Positions 30,442 to 41,018 of a stretch of 64,000 nt of DNA are shown here, piece after piece. This stretch comes from an uncultured Bacteroidales bacterium (lineage in GTDB: Bacteria > Bacteroidota > Bacteroidia > Bacteroidales > VadinHA17). The notes under the pieces were generated by a model that did no database searches, was not told the DNA's origin, and saw only the letters and a program-made list of their open reading frames with translations. Position 1 is the stretch's first letter, and every line of letters begins with the position of its first letter. The translations under genes were made by a program, and so were the position numbers. Where the stretch lies: contig CAWFKI010000005.1 in NCBI GenBank assembly GCA_963816345.1, forward strand, positions 2,399,572 through 2,463,571, given 5' to 3'.

Positions 30442-31633
30442 TGCCCGTAAAATAGTAATTTTCGGTGCAGGTAAAATAGGGCGGTCATTTATCGGCCAGT
30501 TATTCGGCAGCAGCGGATATGAGGTCATATTCATTGATGTTGACCAGGCTGTTATCGACCTCCTTAACAAAAGAGGCAGTTACCGGGTTGTGATAAAGGG
30601 TGAACGGGAGGAACAGATCAGGGTTCCGAATGTAAGAGCTATCTCAGCATCCGACAGGCCAAAAGTAATAGATGCAGTTTCTTCCGCGGGGATTTTAGCA
30701 GTATCAGTGGGTAAAAACGCTCTTGAAAAAGTAATCCCGCTTATTGCTGCCGGTCTTGTTAAAAGGTATGAGAAAAATTCGTCCGGACCGCTTGACATAA
30801 TACTGGCAGAGAATATGAGATCTGCAGCCGATTTTACAAGGGGCGAGCTTATAAAACATCTCCCCGGAGGATTTCCTGTTGAATCGTATGTCGGGCTTAT
30901 TGAGACAAGCATTGGTAAAATGGTTCCTATAATTCCACTGGCTGAACTGGAGAAAGATCCCCTCGTTGTGTTTGCAGAACCTTATAACACATTGATACTA
31001 GATGGTAAAGGCTTCAAATCGCGGATCCCTGAAGTAAAAGGTCTGGCTCCGAAAAATAATATAAAAGCCTGGGTCGACCGTAAAGCATTTATCCATAACC
31101 TTGGCCATGCGACAGCTGCCTATTATGGCTACTCACTTCATCCTGAAGCTGTATATATGTATGAGATACTTGATGATCCTGATGTTTTCCGGTTCACAAG
31201 GAAAGTAATGGTGCAGTCAGCAGCGATACTCAGGAAGGCATACCCCGATGAGTTTACTGCTTCAGATCTTGAGGAGCATATTGATGATCTTATTTCCCGC
31301 TTCAGGAACAAAGCACTGCAGGATACTATTTTCCGAGTGGGTCAGGATCTGCCCAGGAAGCTGGGCCCCGATGACAGGTTCATGGGTTCCGTTCACCTGG
31401 CAACAAGGTTCAGGATGCCTTACGACATGATAATTAAAGCAATGACATATGGTCTTTTCTTCAGGGCAACTGACGAGGAGAAAAATCCTTTTCCTCGTGA
31501 CAGCTCCTTCCTGAATGCAGTATCAAAGGACTTTGAATCGGCATTTATCAACACTCTTGGATTTAACAAGGCTACTGACCTGAAATTCATAAATGAACTA
31601 AGGGAGTTGTATAACACCCTCCGGCTAAAATAA
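30410..31633 (+). CDS. mtlD: Mannitol-1-phosphate 5-dehydrogenase family protein
   Basis: It aligns by eye with E. coli MtlD throughout: 'FGAGKIGRSFIG', 'LDIILAENM', 'VDRKAFIHNLGHATAAYYG', 'RVGQDLPRKLGPDDR'. The likely start is the ATG pair at 30410/30413, overlapping the PfkB gene end. The listed 30275 start is an out-of-frame overlap artefact. Confidence 0.8.
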   Translation: MMLTEDRSKADARKIVIFGAGKIGRSFIGQLFGSSGYEVIFIDVDQAVIDLLNKRGSYRVVIKGEREEQIRVPNVRAISASDRPKVIDAVSSAGILAVSVGKNALEKVIPLIAAGLVKRYEKNSSGPLDIILAENMRSAADFTRGELIKHLPGGFPVESYVGLIETSIGKMVPIIPLAELEKDPLVVFAEPYNTLILDGKGFKSRIPEVKGLAPKNNIKAWVDRKAFIHNLGHATAAYYGYSLHPEAVYMYEILDDPDVFRFTRKVMVQSAAILRKAYPDEFTASDLEEHIDDLISRFRNKALQDTIFRVGQDLPRKLGPDDRFMGSVHLATRFRMPYDMIIKAMTYGLFFRATDEEKNPFPRDSSFLNAVSKDFESAFINTLGFNKATDLKFINELRELYNTLRLK

Positions 31634-31654
31634 GACTTAAATCAAAATTATATA

Positions 31655-32326
31655 ATGATGAAAAATTTTGAGATCATAAGCAGCCACATAAAGGCATCGT
31701 TATCAAAATCCGGTCTGTTATTATTTCTCGCCGGATCCATGATCATTATGGGCATTATTACAAGTGAAATATTCTATAAAACGGAGTTCACCACGAAAAA
31801 TAATTATCTGAGCGAACTGGGCGTCCCCTTGTCTGCCCCGCAAACCGGACCTGTGATTGCCGCACTGATCTTTAACTATACCATGATCGTAACAGGTATT
31901 ATGATACTGATCTCTGCATATTTTGTTCAGGTGATATTTAAAAAACTGCTCACTGCCATACCTCTTGGATTGTTTGGTCTGGGAATACTGGGAGTTGGCA
32001 TTTTCCCCGGAAATATCCACCCCTGGCACGGCATCTTTGCCCTGGTACTATTTATTGCAGGAGGAACAGGAGCTATAACCTCCTATAAGATAGTAAGTGC
32101 ACCGCTCAGATACATTTTTATATGTTCCGGTATAATCACACTTGGATTTCTTATTTCCTATAAATATTTTATACCCTCGCTGGGAGTCGGTGGAACCGAA
32201 CGGTGGGTACTTTATCCTGCCCTTTTATGGATCATCGGATTAGGAGGGTATCTGCTTGGGATTAAAGATGAATACAAACATATTTCACGTGTAAGAAATG
32301 ATCCCGGCGTTCATGATGATGTATAA
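31655..32326 (+). CDS. Polytopic membrane protein (DUF998-like), function unknown
   Basis: 223 aa with about six hydrophobic segments. The family assignment is tentative. Confidence 0.4.
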   Translation: MMKNFEIISSHIKASLSKSGLLLFLAGSMIIMGIITSEIFYKTEFTTKNNYLSELGVPLSAPQTGPVIAALIFNYTMIVTGIMILISAYFVQVIFKKLLTAIPLGLFGLGILGVGIFPGNIHPWHGIFALVLFIAGGTGAITSYKIVSAPLRYIFICSGIITLGFLISYKYFIPSLGVGGTERWVLYPALLWIIGLGGYLLGIKDEYKHISRVRNDPGVHDDV

Positions 32327-32415
32327 ATTTAATTCTGAAACTTTGCCCTGGAAATTTAAATCCCATATAATATAATTCTGCTGAATCTGTTAAATGTTTT
32401 TTATGAATTAATATT

Positions 32416-33420
32416 ATGACCCGGAGGGAAGTTATAAAAAAAGTGCTGGACGGTAAAAAACCGCCCTACACGCCATGGTCGTTCAAATTTACGGTGGAGG
32501 CTAAAAGGCTGCTGCAGAATTATTACAATACGGAAGATCTTGATAACAACCTCTTTAATCATGTGCTGATGCTTGGGGCCGACATCGGCTTTTTTGACCG
32601 GATAGGAGATAATCTCTTCCGCGATGTTTTTGGCGCAGTATGGGACAGAAGTATTGATAAGGATATCGGCAATATAACAGGAAGCATAATAAGTGAACCT
32701 TCGCTTAAGAACTATACCTTCCCCGATCCCCTTGACAAGAGGATCTTCGTTGATATCGCGCCTTCAATCAAAGCCCATCCTGATATGTTCCGTCTTTTTG
32801 AGATCGGCTTTTCACTTTATGAGCGTGCATGGACCCTGAGGGGAATGGAGAACCTGTTAATGGATTTTATGGTTAATCCTGGTTTTGTGCATGAACTGAT
32901 GACAGCTATTGCAGATTATAATATTTCCCAGCTGAGAGAGGCTGCGAAATATGATATCGATGCGGTTGCCTTCGGAGATGACTGGGGACAGCAAAGCGGT
33001 CTTATCATGGGTTACGCTACATGGAAGGAGTTCATATATCCTCAGCTGAAGCGTATGTATAAAGCCGTGCATGATGAAGGCAAGTACGTATTTATCCATT
33101 CATGCGGAGATGTCGACGAACTATTTGATGATCTGATAGATATAGGATTGAATTGTTTTAATCCATTCCAGCCGGAGGTAATGGATGTACTGGCATTAAT
33201 GAAAAAGTACCGCGGCAGGCTTACATTCCACGGAGGGTTATCAATTCAAAAGACGCTCCCGTACGGGACCATGGAAGAAGTGAAGGCTGAATCTGAAATG
33301 CTTCTAAGGGCAGGTTCTGAAGGGTCATACATCTTCTCACCTTCCCATGCTGTAGAGGGTGACACATCGCTTGAAAATATGCTCATTTTCATAAATGCGG
33401 CGCAATCCCAGTTAAAATAA
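32416..33420 (+). CDS. URO-D/MtaA-like family protein (H-x-C ... H variant)
   Basis: 334 aa with N-terminal '[18 protein letters not shown]', then 'IHSCGD' and 'SPSHAVEG'. No HemE 'MRQAGR' motif. Confidence 0.75.
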   Translation: MTRREVIKKVLDGKKPPYTPWSFKFTVEAKRLLQNYYNTEDLDNNLFNHVLMLGADIGFFDRIGDNLFRDVFGAVWDRSIDKDIGNITGSIISEPSLKNYTFPDPLDKRIFVDIAPSIKAHPDMFRLFEIGFSLYERAWTLRGMENLLMDFMVNPGFVHELMTAIADYNISQLREAAKYDIDAVAFGDDWGQQSGLIMGYATWKEFIYPQLKRMYKAVHDEGKYVFIHSCGDVDELFDDLIDIGLNCFNPFQPEVMDVLALMKKYRGRLTFHGGLSIQKTLPYGTMEEVKAESEMLLRAGSEGSYIFSPSHAVEGDTSLENMLIFINAAQSQLK

Positions 33421-33433
33421 GCCAGATTCAATT

Positions 33434-34837
33434 ATGACTGATAATAAAAACATCAATACCGGATATGTGGTGTTCCTCGCTCTTGTATCCGCAATGGGCG
33501 GACTGCTGTTCGGATACGACTGGGTAGTTATCGGGGGAGCCAAACCCTTCTATGAACGGTACTTTGATATCGCATCATCTGCTACATACCAGGGTTTTGC
33601 AATGAGCAGCGCACTTTTTGGCTGTATTATCGGATCAGCCGTTTCAGGCAGTATAACCGATAAATACGGAAGGAAGATTCCCCTGCTCTTTTCTGCCTTC
33701 CTCTTTATTATTACCTCCATCGGAACAGGCGCCTTTAATTCGTTTGCTTCCTTTATGATCTTCCGGATTATGGGAGGTATCGGCATAGGAATTGCTTCCA
33801 ATGTTTCGCCTGTTTACATTGCTGAAATATCTCCTGCGCACATGAGAGGCAAGCTTGTCTCGATAAACCAGTTTACAATCGCTTTTGGTGTTCTGGCAGC
33901 GCAGCTTACAAATATGATTATTGCTGAACCTGTTGCTGTCGGAGCAACTGATGAGCTGATTCGCAATTCATGGAACGGACAGATGGGATGGAGATGGATG
34001 TTCTGGGCATGCAGTGTTCCCGCTACCCTCTTTTTTATACTAATGTGGCTTGTTCCTGAAAGCCCCAGATGGCTGACCAAGGCAGGCAGGAAAGATAAGG
34101 CGATGAGGGTTTTTGAAAGGATCGGTGGAAAAGAATATGCCATAACAGAAACCGATGATATAAGCCTCTCATTATCAATGTCTGAAAAACAGGGTACAAA
34201 AGAGAAATTCAGCAATCTCTTTACAGGACAGCTGGCACCTATAATCACCCTTGGTGTAATCCTTGCAGTGTTTCAGCAATGGTGTGGAATAAACGTGATT
34301 TTCAATTACGCGGAAGAGATATTTTCAGCAGCCGGTTATGGAATCTCAGGTACTCTCTTTAATATTGTCCTCACCGGAACCGTAAGCCTCATATTCACAA
34401 TTCTTGCAATGTTTATTGTCGACAGGTATGGCCGGAAGATCCTTATGCTGACCGGTGCCGGAGGACTGGCAATAGTCTATGTAGTTATTGCCACTGGTTA
34501 TTACCTGCATTTCAGCGGTATTTTTATGGTATTCTGGGTCGTTACTGCAATAAGTATTTACGGTCTTACCCTGGCGCCGATTACCTGGGTTCTGCTTTCA
34601 GAGATATTCCCGAATAAAATACGCGGCCATGCCATGTCTGTTGCTACTTTTGCGCTCTGGACATCATGTGCCATACTTACATTATCCTTTCCATTCCTTA
34701 ACAGGGGCCTGGGGACATCGGGTACATTCGGCGTTTATGCCGCAATCTGTTTCATGGGATTCTTTTACATACTCAAAAAGCTGCCGGAAACAAAGGGTAA
34801 ATCGCTTGAACAGATTGAGAGGGAACTTACATCATGA
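33434..34837 (+). CDS. MFS sugar porter family transporter
   Basis: 467 aa with 'GGLLFGYDWVVIGGA', 'PESPRWL' and 'PETKGKSLEQIE'. Confidence 0.9.
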   Translation: MTDNKNINTGYVVFLALVSAMGGLLFGYDWVVIGGAKPFYERYFDIASSATYQGFAMSSALFGCIIGSAVSGSITDKYGRKIPLLFSAFLFIITSIGTGAFNSFASFMIFRIMGGIGIGIASNVSPVYIAEISPAHMRGKLVSINQFTIAFGVLAAQLTNMIIAEPVAVGATDELIRNSWNGQMGWRWMFWACSVPATLFFILMWLVPESPRWLTKAGRKDKAMRVFERIGGKEYAITETDDISLSLSMSEKQGTKEKFSNLFTGQLAPIITLGVILAVFQQWCGINVIFNYAEEIFSAAGYGISGTLFNIVLTGTVSLIFTILAMFIVDRYGRKILMLTGAGGLAIVYVVIATGYYLHFSGIFMVFWVVTAISIYGLTLAPITWVLLSEIFPNKIRGHAMSVATFALWTSCAILTLSFPFLNRGLGTSGTFGVYAAICFMGFFYILKKLPETKGKSLEQIERELTS

Positions 34838-34894
34838 CTGAAATAAAACTATCAGTTTAGAGTTAAGATTACGAAGAATAAAAAAATAAGCAAC

Positions 34895-36079
34895 ATGAAT
34901 TCAAAAGAAAGGATGATTGCGGCAATGAGCCATGAGACTCCTGACAGGGTACCGGTTATGTGCCAGCTATCGCTTGGTCATTATTTTTTGAACTGCAAAT
35001 ACAAGCCATCGGAAATCTGGTTTGATTCCGATACATTTGCCAGGGCGCTGACAGACCTCCAAAAGGAATATAACTTTGATGGCATCCTGGTAAATCTGCC
35101 CGGAAGACCTCACGATTGGGAAAAATACCTGGCATCCAGGGAGAAAGCAGACGGTTCTGAAATACTTGTGTGGAAGGATGGTTATGAGACACATGTCCCT
35201 CCTGATGATAACGCCCATACGTTTCTTCCGGGTAAAGTTCCTCTTCCCCGCGCCACATTTGAATTTACTGATCTGAAAAACCCCGCTGAATTTATAACAC
35301 GCGGCTATATCTGGAACACCTATCATATGCCCGGATTATGGGGTTTTGATAGTGATGCCGATTTAACTGATCCTGCTTCATATCCGGCATCGTTCACAAA
35401 CGCTGTGAAAGCAGTTAAGAAATATGCCGGCGATATTTCAATTCATGCAGAGGTCTTTTCCCCTTTTACCCATTTACTTGAACTGTTCGGTTATGAAGAA
35501 GCTTTGATGGGAATGATGGTCTATCCCGATCTCTGCCGGGAGCTGCTTGCGTATTTTACAAGGATTGCCCTGGCAGAAGTAAACGTCTATGCCAGGGAAG
35601 GAGGCATCGATGCAATACTGGTAAGTTCAGCATTTGCCGGTGCAGGTTTTATAAGCCGGAATGATTACAGGCAGTTTGTAATGCCTTTTGAAGAACCTGT
35701 CTACAAAGAGATCAGGCGGTTCGGCCTGTTCAGCTATGTGCATACCTGCGGTTCCATTGGCGACCGTCTCGACCTGATGGCTGAAATGTCAGTCGATGGC
35801 ATTGATACCCTAGATCCCCCGCCCCTCGGAACTGTTCATCTTGAAGAAGCAAAGGAAAAATTCGGAAAGAGATTCTTTCTGAAAGGAAACCTCGACTCGA
35901 TAAATGAATTACTCAATGCTGACGATAAAACCTTTGAAGAAGCAGTGACGGGGAGAATCAGGACAGGAAAGCCTGGCAGCGGCTATATTCTGTCCACTGC
36001 CTGCAGCGTATCTCCATACGTTAAACCCGAAAGGCTGAAACGACTCGCTGAGCTTTCGGTCATGTATGGCAAATATTGA
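34895..36079 (+). CDS. URO-D/MtaA-like family protein, zinc-motif type
   Basis: 394 aa with N-terminal 'ERMIAAMSHETPDRVPVM'. 'VHTCGS' plus 'STACSVSP' form an H-x-C...C motif. Confidence 0.75.
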   Translation: MNSKERMIAAMSHETPDRVPVMCQLSLGHYFLNCKYKPSEIWFDSDTFARALTDLQKEYNFDGILVNLPGRPHDWEKYLASREKADGSEILVWKDGYETHVPPDDNAHTFLPGKVPLPRATFEFTDLKNPAEFITRGYIWNTYHMPGLWGFDSDADLTDPASYPASFTNAVKAVKKYAGDISIHAEVFSPFTHLLELFGYEEALMGMMVYPDLCRELLAYFTRIALAEVNVYAREGGIDAILVSSAFAGAGFISRNDYRQFVMPFEEPVYKEIRRFGLFSYVHTCGSIGDRLDLMAEMSVDGIDTLDPPPLGTVHLEEAKEKFGKRFFLKGNLDSINELLNADDKTFEEAVTGRIRTGKPGSGYILSTACSVSPYVKPERLKRLAELSVMYGKY

Positions 36080-36092
36080 TTTAAATATGCCC

Positions 36093-37331
36093 TCACCTGG
36101 TCAGCTTTATTGTCCTGATCTTTACAGACTGCAGATCCGGTAAATTATCTATCGGACTATCAAGGTAGAAATAGGCTGTTGCAGCGAGGTCGTCAGACCT
36201 GTAGAAATTTGTCCAGGCATTGGGCAATGACGGATCCTTAAGATTTACAGTGCTATCTCTTTTATAGATATGGATCATTTTTGGTGCGTCGTGGATTGTC
36301 ACAGGTATTAACCTGACATTTTCTTTCTGAAGTTCTATCACCTTATCCTTTGTGTTTCCACCTATCTGTTGTATTGTTACCCTGCAATCCGTGGCAAAAT
36401 AGACCGGGTCGGTAATATGATACCTGTAAAAAGCCCATTGCAGGTTCTTGCTGTCTGCCACAAGGCAGCCGGTGGTATTTGTAAAGAACTGACCCTGTCC
36501 CCAGGCTGTTCCGATATAATCTTCGGTCCCCGAACCGACCAGGGTTGGATCCTGTCCATCACCGTCGAGGTAAACCTTAACTTCACCCTCACCCCACCAG
36601 CAATCCTTATAATCGGGATTTGCATTTATGCTGATATTTGAACCAAGGAACCTGCCTTTCCCTTTCACAGAGGGCATGATCTCAAAATCCTTTGCCAGTG
36701 TTGTTGCCGTATCCCTGTGCCAGTAGCTGTGAAAATAGAGGAAATTATCGTCCCATCTTTTCAGCAGCTGCAGATCAATGTCAAAAAAGACCATGGGCAG
36801 ATCGACACCCGATTCGTTCACAAGCTCAACACGGGCAGCTGTTTTAAAAGGCATCTGGATAAAGCAGTTAAATGAACGTCCTTCCGGATTTGCAAAGAGG
36901 GCATTTTCATAAACGGCTGTTTTGCCCAGTCCGATACCGAAAAAATCACCAAAAGGTACAGAAACGGCAGGTTTTTTTTCATTATCCCAGTACATTTTAA
37001 GGACAAGGCTCCTCAGCATCACCGGCGAACGGTCACTTATAGTAACCCACATCCTGTTGATCACACCGGGTCCGGTCATATTCAGAATGGTTTTTGCCGA
37101 TCCGGCTCTTATGCTGTCGCAAGCATGACCTTTGGCCCCGTTATTCTCCATTCCTCCCCTGCCCTTTTCCCCTTTTATGTTTTCAAAGCTTACCCATCTT
37201 GGCTCAATATTGTTGCTGTACTCAAACATGCTTGAAGGGAAAAGATCACCTGATTTCACAGCTGCCTGGTCTTTACTGTTGCAGCCTGCCAAAGCAGTAA
37301 TCAGGATAACGGATAGTAATAAGTACTTCAT
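36093..37331 (-). CDS. GH172 (DUF2961) glycoside hydrolase lipoprotein
   Basis: Lipobox 'ALAGC'. 'GPGVINRMWVTI' and 'GSGTEDYIGTAWG' match DUF2961 signatures. Confidence 0.8.
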   Translation of the reverse strand: MKYLLLSVILITALAGCNSKDQAAVKSGDLFPSSMFEYSNNIEPRWVSFENIKGEKGRGGMENNGAKGHACDSIRAGSAKTILNMTGPGVINRMWVTISDRSPVMLRSLVLKMYWDNEKKPAVSVPFGDFFGIGLGKTAVYENALFANPEGRSFNCFIQMPFKTAARVELVNESGVDLPMVFFDIDLQLLKRWDDNFLYFHSYWHRDTATTLAKDFEIMPSVKGKGRFLGSNISINANPDYKDCWWGEGEVKVYLDGDGQDPTLVGSGTEDYIGTAWGQGQFFTNTTGCLVADSKNLQWAFYRYHITDPVYFATDCRVTIQQIGGNTKDKVIELQKENVRLIPVTIHDAPKMIHIYKRDSTVNLKDPSLPNAWTNFYRSDDLAATAYFYLDSPIDNLPDLQSVKIRTIKLTR

Positions 37332-37358
37332 TGTTTTTATTTTAAGTATCTGATTATT

Positions 37359-38853
37359 TTAATACAACGACTTTAATACCGGGTAAAGCTTCTTATAGAT
37401 GCTGAATTTTCTATCGTAATAATCTTTCTGCATTGGTTCAGCCCGGGAAACAGGCTTTACCCACCGGGCAGCAATTTTGCCAACATATTCACCTGTGTCG
37501 TGGGCTTTTGCCAGCATTGCTACTCCCATGCATCCCGCCTCAGTCACGTCCGGAATTGTAACCGGCATTCCAATCACATCGGCTTTCAGCTGAACCTGTT
37601 TTTTGGATCTTGCACCTCCTCCTATCATTCTCAGCTCCTTTACCTCATATCCCGATTCCCTCAGGATTTCGAGATTCAGCCTGATCTCAAGAGCTACTCC
37701 TTCCAGCAATGCTTTCAGTATATCCTCCCTCGTAGTAGTAAGATCCATACCTGTTATTGCTCCTTTTACCGATACATCAAAATAGGGAGTGCCTGATGGG
37801 GTGAAATATGGAAGAACAAGCAGATCCGAATGTTTTTCAGGCATGGCATCAATTAGCAGCTCAAAAGGATCTCTTTTTTCTATCCTGGCCCTTTCAACTT
37901 CGGCATCTCCGAACTGATCCCTGAACCATTTTAGTATATTTCCGCCTGTCAGACTGAAGGCAACTGTCGCATACATACCGGGAGCTGTATGATCATAGGT
38001 GCAGAGATTGTTTTTGCGAAGTTCCGGTGTAAAAACCGCTCTCTCAAATGCCGGCGTAATACACTCAACGGTTCCTGATGCAAAAACAGCCATGCCGGGT
38101 TCAATAGCTCCGGCTCCCAGGGCTGAACAGGGCTGATCATGCCCTCCCGTAACAATAAATGTGTTTGCAGAAAGATTCAGCCCCGGTGCGATCCGTGGAT
38201 CAATATAACCTGCAAGTAAACCTGACTGAAGAGGAACAGATAGTTGCCCTGCCGTCAATCCGGCAGCATCAAGTATTCCGGTGTCCCATTTATGGTTTAC
38301 AACGTCGAAGAGCATTGTTCTCCCGGCAAGCGGCCAGCCTATTGAGGGATTTTTTATGCCTAACCGGTATTGCAGGAGATCTTCAAAGCAAAGTATCCTG
38401 TGAGCCTTCTCCCATATTTCCTTATAATTTTCTCTAATCCACAGCAACTTGAACAATGAGAACATCGGATGGGGAGTGTGTCCGGTAATACTGTAAAGTT
38501 TCTCTTCCCCGAACCTGTCTGTCCATGGTTTTATAAGTTCATTAGCCCGTATATCTGATGAGACAAGGGCATTACAAAGTGCCTTACCTTTTTCATCAAT
38601 TATGGTGAATGCCTCGCCCTGGCTTGATATCCCTAATCCCCTGATTGACCTTTGAATCAATTCCTGATGCAGATTCGCGAATCACATCAAAGCATTTATT
38701 AATGACCTCATCGGTATCAAGCTCAGCCCATCCCGGATGTTGTGAGATCAGGTCATAACCCCTGTAGGAATCCGAAACCTGATGTCCGGCTTCATCAAAG
38801 ATCACAGCCTTGCAACCGCTTGTCCCGATATCTATTCCGAGGTAATAGTTCAT
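37359..38853 (-). pseudogene. FGGY-family carbohydrate kinase (xylulokinase-like) with one frameshift
   Basis: N-terminal 'MNYYLGIDIGTSGCKAV' (ATG at 38853) and C-terminal 'IGGGARSKKQVQLKADVIGMPV'. The ORFs 38596-38931 and 37359-38660 are in different frames, and the join '...SASGIDSK/IRGLGISSQGE' is near 38625-38650. Confidence 0.85.
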
Positions 38854-38896
38854 CTCTGTTTGTAATGTTCCGTTCCGGGTGTAAAGGGTTAAATCT

Positions 38897-39901
38897 TCAG
38901 ACGTACCAGAGGTTGAGGTAATCAAGTACAATTTTCTTCATCTCTTCAAAAATAATATCCTGCCTGTAAAGAGTTGTATAATGCGATAGTGATGCCTTCC
39001 CTGTTTTATCCGCATTATCACCGAGGAGACCTTCCCGGAACATAGCCTCAGCCTTTTCCTGTCCTGTTATTTTTGAAGCATTCCTTACCATATCTTCAAA
39101 AAGGACGGGGGAGCTGTTCCTTTCCAGAATTGTCCAGATATTGACTTTTGCTATCCCGTCGTTAAAAAGATTTCTGATCTGGTCATTCCCTACCGACGAT
39201 GTTCCGTGCAATACCAGTACAGTACCTGTCAGCCTGCTTATCTCCCTTGCCAGTTCTCCGTGATATTTAAGATCGGCAGCGCTTGCCCTGTGTTCGGTTC
39301 CAAGGTTGGCAACAATAAAATCCGCTCCTGTCTGCTTCAGGTATCTTAATGCCTGGTCTGGTGTTGTCAGATCGCTCCTTGTATCACCCGTTGCATCCAC
39401 AATCTCATCGCAGGCGCCCTCAATTACTATCTGGCGTCGGTTTTTTTCAATAAATTCTGCTGTCTTTTTTATATTCTCTTCAAAAGGCAGTGCAGATGCA
39501 TCATACATGATCATTGAAAACCTGTCCATATCCCATTCCAGCAGAGGCCGGTCAGCATCCCACTGGGTATGATCGAGGTGGATCATCACATTGAGTTTTT
39601 CAAACGGGGATCCCCTGCCAGTCAGTATATCCAGATCGGCAAGAAAGAGCCTCAGCCCTATATCCCATTTTCTGGTATGGGTATAATAAACTGACTGGCT
39701 GCGATGGCTGTACTGATTGGTAATACCTATCGTAACAGGCAGATGAGGAAAATCTATTGTCTCGCTGTATTCAAGGGCAGCAGATAAGATAGCTTCTGTC
39801 GTCGTGAGATTTTCACTGTTAAATGTAGGGATTACCCATTTTTGTTCACCGGCTTCCCTGTAAATATCCAGAACATTGTTTCTATCAAGAATTAGTGGCA
39901 T
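38897..39901 (-). CDS. Class II ketose-bisphosphate aldolase family protein (FBA/tagatose-bisphosphate aldolase type)
   Basis: 'IHLDHTQW', 'MYDASALPFEENI', 'LGTEHRA' and 'LVLHGTSS' match class II aldolase metal and phosphate-binding motifs. The ATG at 39901 ('MPLILDRNN') is preferred over the TTG at 39949. Confidence 0.8.
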   Translation of the reverse strand: MPLILDRNNVLDIYREAGEQKWVIPTFNSENLTTTEAILSAALEYSETIDFPHLPVTIGITNQYSHRSQSVYYTHTRKWDIGLRLFLADLDILTGRGSPFEKLNVMIHLDHTQWDADRPLLEWDMDRFSMIMYDASALPFEENIKKTAEFIEKNRRQIVIEGACDEIVDATGDTRSDLTTPDQALRYLKQTGADFIVANLGTEHRASAADLKYHGELAREISRLTGTVLVLHGTSSVGNDQIRNLFNDGIAKVNIWTILERNSSPVLFEDMVRNASKITGQEKAEAMFREGLLGDNADKTGKASLSHYTTLYRQDIIFEEMKKIVLDYLNLWYV

Positions 39902-40056
39902 ATAAATGATATAAGTTAAATTTTTAATTGTGAGCCCCGGTGAGCTCAAATCCCGGATTTTTGCAAAGTTGAAATTAAAATATTTACTGACTTAAAGATA
40001 AACAATCCCGAACTCCATGGAAAGGGCAGATGAATTTTATTTAAAGCTTTGTGTTC

Positions 40057-40106
40057 CTTTGAGATATCCTTCGAGTCTTTCGTGCCTGCCTGCCGGCAGG
40101 TAGGTT
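40057..40106. repeat. Third copy of the REP-like element (flank plus near-perfect palindrome)
   Basis: 'ctttgagatatccttcgag tctttcgtg cctgcctgccggcaggtagg tt'. The palindrome at 40085-40104 has one mismatch. It is in the same orientation as the 21750-21810 copy but sits inside a minus-strand operon. Confidence 0.85.
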
Positions 40107-40163
40107 AAATAATATTAATTTAAACAGAAAGCAGTACAGAGGTTCACACTAAGTGCACACTAT

Positions 40164-41018
40164 TTAATGAATTGTCCAGGTTATTTCCCAGGCCATAGGT
40201 TTTCCTGGTCCGACTGAGAGGTAACTGCCATCCCTGAAGGATTTTGAAAGATCGCTGCAGGTTCCGGGTATTGGCTCAAATGCACATTCGCTCCGCACAA
40301 TGCCTCCCTCAGGATAACCTGCATTATTCCACCAGATACCCAGGGTCGGGAATAGCTTATGATCAAACCTGATCGAGAGAGTTGATCCATTAATAAACTT
40401 CAATTTTACGGAACCATCGATAATGTTTCTTAACAGAAGCATAGAAAAAGATCCCGGTTGAAAAGCAAGCAGATATTCCCCCGAGTCTGCAGAGCTTTTC
40501 ATACCGGGATCTACTGATTTAACTTCATCAAATATTGTCCTGCACCCGGGGAGTTCAAGAGCTGTAACTTCACGAAGCGGTAAAAGGGCATGCATTACAT
40601 GAAGGAACACCGATCTTTTTTCCGACAGGGCTGAAGCTTCAAATCTCCAGGTCAGCCTGTTTCCCTCAAATGTGAGGATCCTTTTAAAATTCACCTCCGG
40701 TTGCTGACAATCAGTAAAAAACAGAAGTCTGTTTTTACCGATTTCTGTATCCCATTTCTGCCAGCAGAGCTGTCCGTGGTCCCTGCATTCAAAATCATTC
40801 CCGGGGTAAGTGCAGGGATCCACAGTAGGAAAGCAATCGTCATATCCATATACCGGCCTGGTTTCAAACTCTCCGTAAGGCCTGTCTGGAGGCCTGAATA
40901 CCGCCGGTTCAGAAGTAAGCAGCTCATGACCGGCATAATTCAGCGCCACTATCCGGGCCCCGTCATCCGGGTCATAATTAATTTGCCATTTCCCAAATTC
41001 TGCTTTCAGAATACCCAT
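40164..41018 (-). CDS. Galactose-mutarotase-like (aldose 1-epimerase superfamily) protein, tentative
   Basis: 'DDGARIVALNYAGHELL' and 'GYDDCFPTV...DHGQLCW' resemble aldose-epimerase-like proteins. The start ATG at 41018 overlaps the upstream stop (TGATG). Confidence 0.4.
   Translation of the reverse strand: MGILKAEFGKWQINYDPDDGARIVALNYAGHELLTSEPAVFRPPDRPYGEFETRPVYGYDDCFPTVDPCTYPGNDFECRDHGQLCWQKWDTEIGKNRLLFFTDCQQPEVNFKRILTFEGNRLTWRFEASALSEKRSVFLHVMHALLPLREVTALELPGCRTIFDEVKSVDPGMKSSADSGEYLLAFQPGSFSMLLLRNIIDGSVKLKFINGSTLSIRFDHKLFPTLGIWWNNAGYPEGGIVRSECAFEPIPGTCSDLSKSFRDGSYLSVGPGKPMAWEITWTIH

Noticed and set aside
40057-40106. Calling the palindromic element a MITE or IS remnant (mobile element).
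   Set aside because: There are no terminal inverted repeats beyond the palindrome itself, no target-site duplications that I could see, and no transposase in the window. Only a 'repeat' call is justified.
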